DNA from: Stylophora pistillata
Taxonomy: Eukaryota
Length of the DNA stretch: 64,000 bases
Reading direction: 5' to 3'
NCBI RefSeq assembly: GCF_002571385.2
Contig: NW_019218633.1
Location: 1-64,000 of the forward strand
This document shows positions 62,731 to 64,000 of the stretch, in pieces (positions within the stretch are counted from its first letter, which is position 1; each line of letters opens with the position of its first letter). The translations under genes were made by a program, and so were the position numbers. The notes below the pieces were generated by a model. It was not told the origin of the DNA. It made no database searches and saw nothing but the letters and a program-made list of their open reading frames with translations.

Positions 62731-63738
62731 ATGACTGCTGGTGAGCGAAACAGATCCTTGATCAACAGCGGAACAGAAGCACTTAATATTTCACTTTCAC
62801 CTGACGCGTTGGATCCCAGATCCGAAGTGGATACCCTCGTCTTTGTTTTCTCTTCAGTTCTACTCGCACTTGCAATCGTCATCGGCAACTCGATCGTTAT
62901 GGCTGCTTTCATTCACAACAGAAAATTGCGTAAGAGAAGCAATGTATTTCTGGTCAGCTTGGCTTGTTCCGACTGCATCGTGGGTGTCATCTCCTTACCG
63001 CTTTGGATCTGCATCTCAGGCTTCGGAATCAGCAATAGCGACGCCGTCTACGTGTTATTCATCAGCTTGGACATTTTCAGCGCTTTGACATCGGTGTTTC
63101 ATTTAACAGCTATTAGCGTGGAGCGTTTCATTTCTGTCTCAAGGCCATTCTTATATCAACGACTTTCGTCGCAAGTATACACCGTAACGATTACATCGGC
63201 ATGGCTATTGGCAGCTCTCGTTGCTTCCTCAACTCCATTGCAGAGTCTGTTTCAGCTTCAACGCTTTTACGCGCCGAGTTTTACAGCAGTGGGGCTTCTT
63301 GGTCCATTAGTCATTATCAGCTCTATGTACGCTGGGATATTCCGCATCGCGCGATCACTGAGCCGCCATACACCTGGGACAGCTGGAACTTGTAGAATAT
63401 CATGACGGGAAAGGAGCCATATAAAGAGAGAAATTAAAGTGGCGATGACCCTAACAGTGGTGTCTGGATTCTTCTTTCTGGCATGGCTTCCATTTTATTC
63501 ATTGTTAATGATCGCTGTTTACTGTGTTCAGTGTTTGCCTGCAGGTCGCAATCTTCAGCGCCTAGTGGAAATCGTAAAATGGATGCATTACTCGAACAGC
63601 GCTGTAAATCCATTCATCTATGCTTTCAGGGATAAAGATATGAAACGAGAATTTCTGCGGCTCCTCTGGTTCAAGAGACTATCAGTCAATCTTAGCCTCT
63701 GGTTTGGTAAAGATCGCGTATCAACACAGGATGTTTAA
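62731..63738 (+). pseudogene. Class A GPCR 4 with one in-frame TGA (63403-63405) in intracellular loop 3
   Basis: ORFs 62731-63405 (TM1-5) and 63439-63738 (TM6-7, KWMHYSNSAVNPFIY) are in the same frame, separated only by tca TGA cgg. Confidence 0.85.
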
Positions 63739-64000
63739 ACATCCGCCTTTAGAACTTCAGAGGTTAGAAAACAAGTTTCACCCCTACACTCATAGATGAG
63801 CGTAGACCACTGAGTGCTTTTTGTTAAACTCAGAGCTTGTTGACACCGCTCTGCTGAAAGTTACTTTATGCACATTTTATTTTTAAATTTTGAAGGTACA
63901 CACCTCACATCTTAACTTATTAACACCGAAAAGCTGATATGGAGCTGTTTAATTTATCCAATTCATTTCCGCCGAAAAGTTTTGTAAATTGATCAATAGG

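Noticed and set aside
63403-63405. Selenocysteine codon
   Set aside because: Lies in a variable cytoplasmic loop, no Cys-aligned position evident, and no SECIS recognised in the short downstream sequence.
36168-63738. Opsin-like receptors because of a TM7 Lys
   Set aside because: The Lys is at 7.39; position 7.43, the opsin Schiff-base site, is Tyr.

Overview
AT-rich, intron-rich animal DNA; the gene and repeat families suggest a cnidarian, probably a stony coral (inference, no search run). From left to right: (1) the last exon of an uncharacterised gene; (2) a 9-exon gene for a secreted ~1225-aa expansin-like (DPBB + CBM63-like) protein fused to chitin-binding CBM14 domains, followed across an N-gap by the 3' part of a related three-CBM14 module; (3) a minus-strand gene joining a TSG101-type UEV domain in phase to a coiled coil and a TKL-type kinase, disabled in the coiled-coil/kinase exon; (4) an intronless histamine N-methyltransferase-like gene; (5) a divergently arranged cluster of two 5-exon NXPE/PC-esterase genes and four intronless class A GPCRs, one with an in-frame TGA, with a decayed ~5 kb tandem duplication in the middle. 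Introns and spacers carry SINEs, LINE and Penelope fragments, MITEs, minisatellites and type I hammerhead-ribozyme motifs. Exon models were built by hand from splice sites and phase continuity; family calls rest on motif recognition only.
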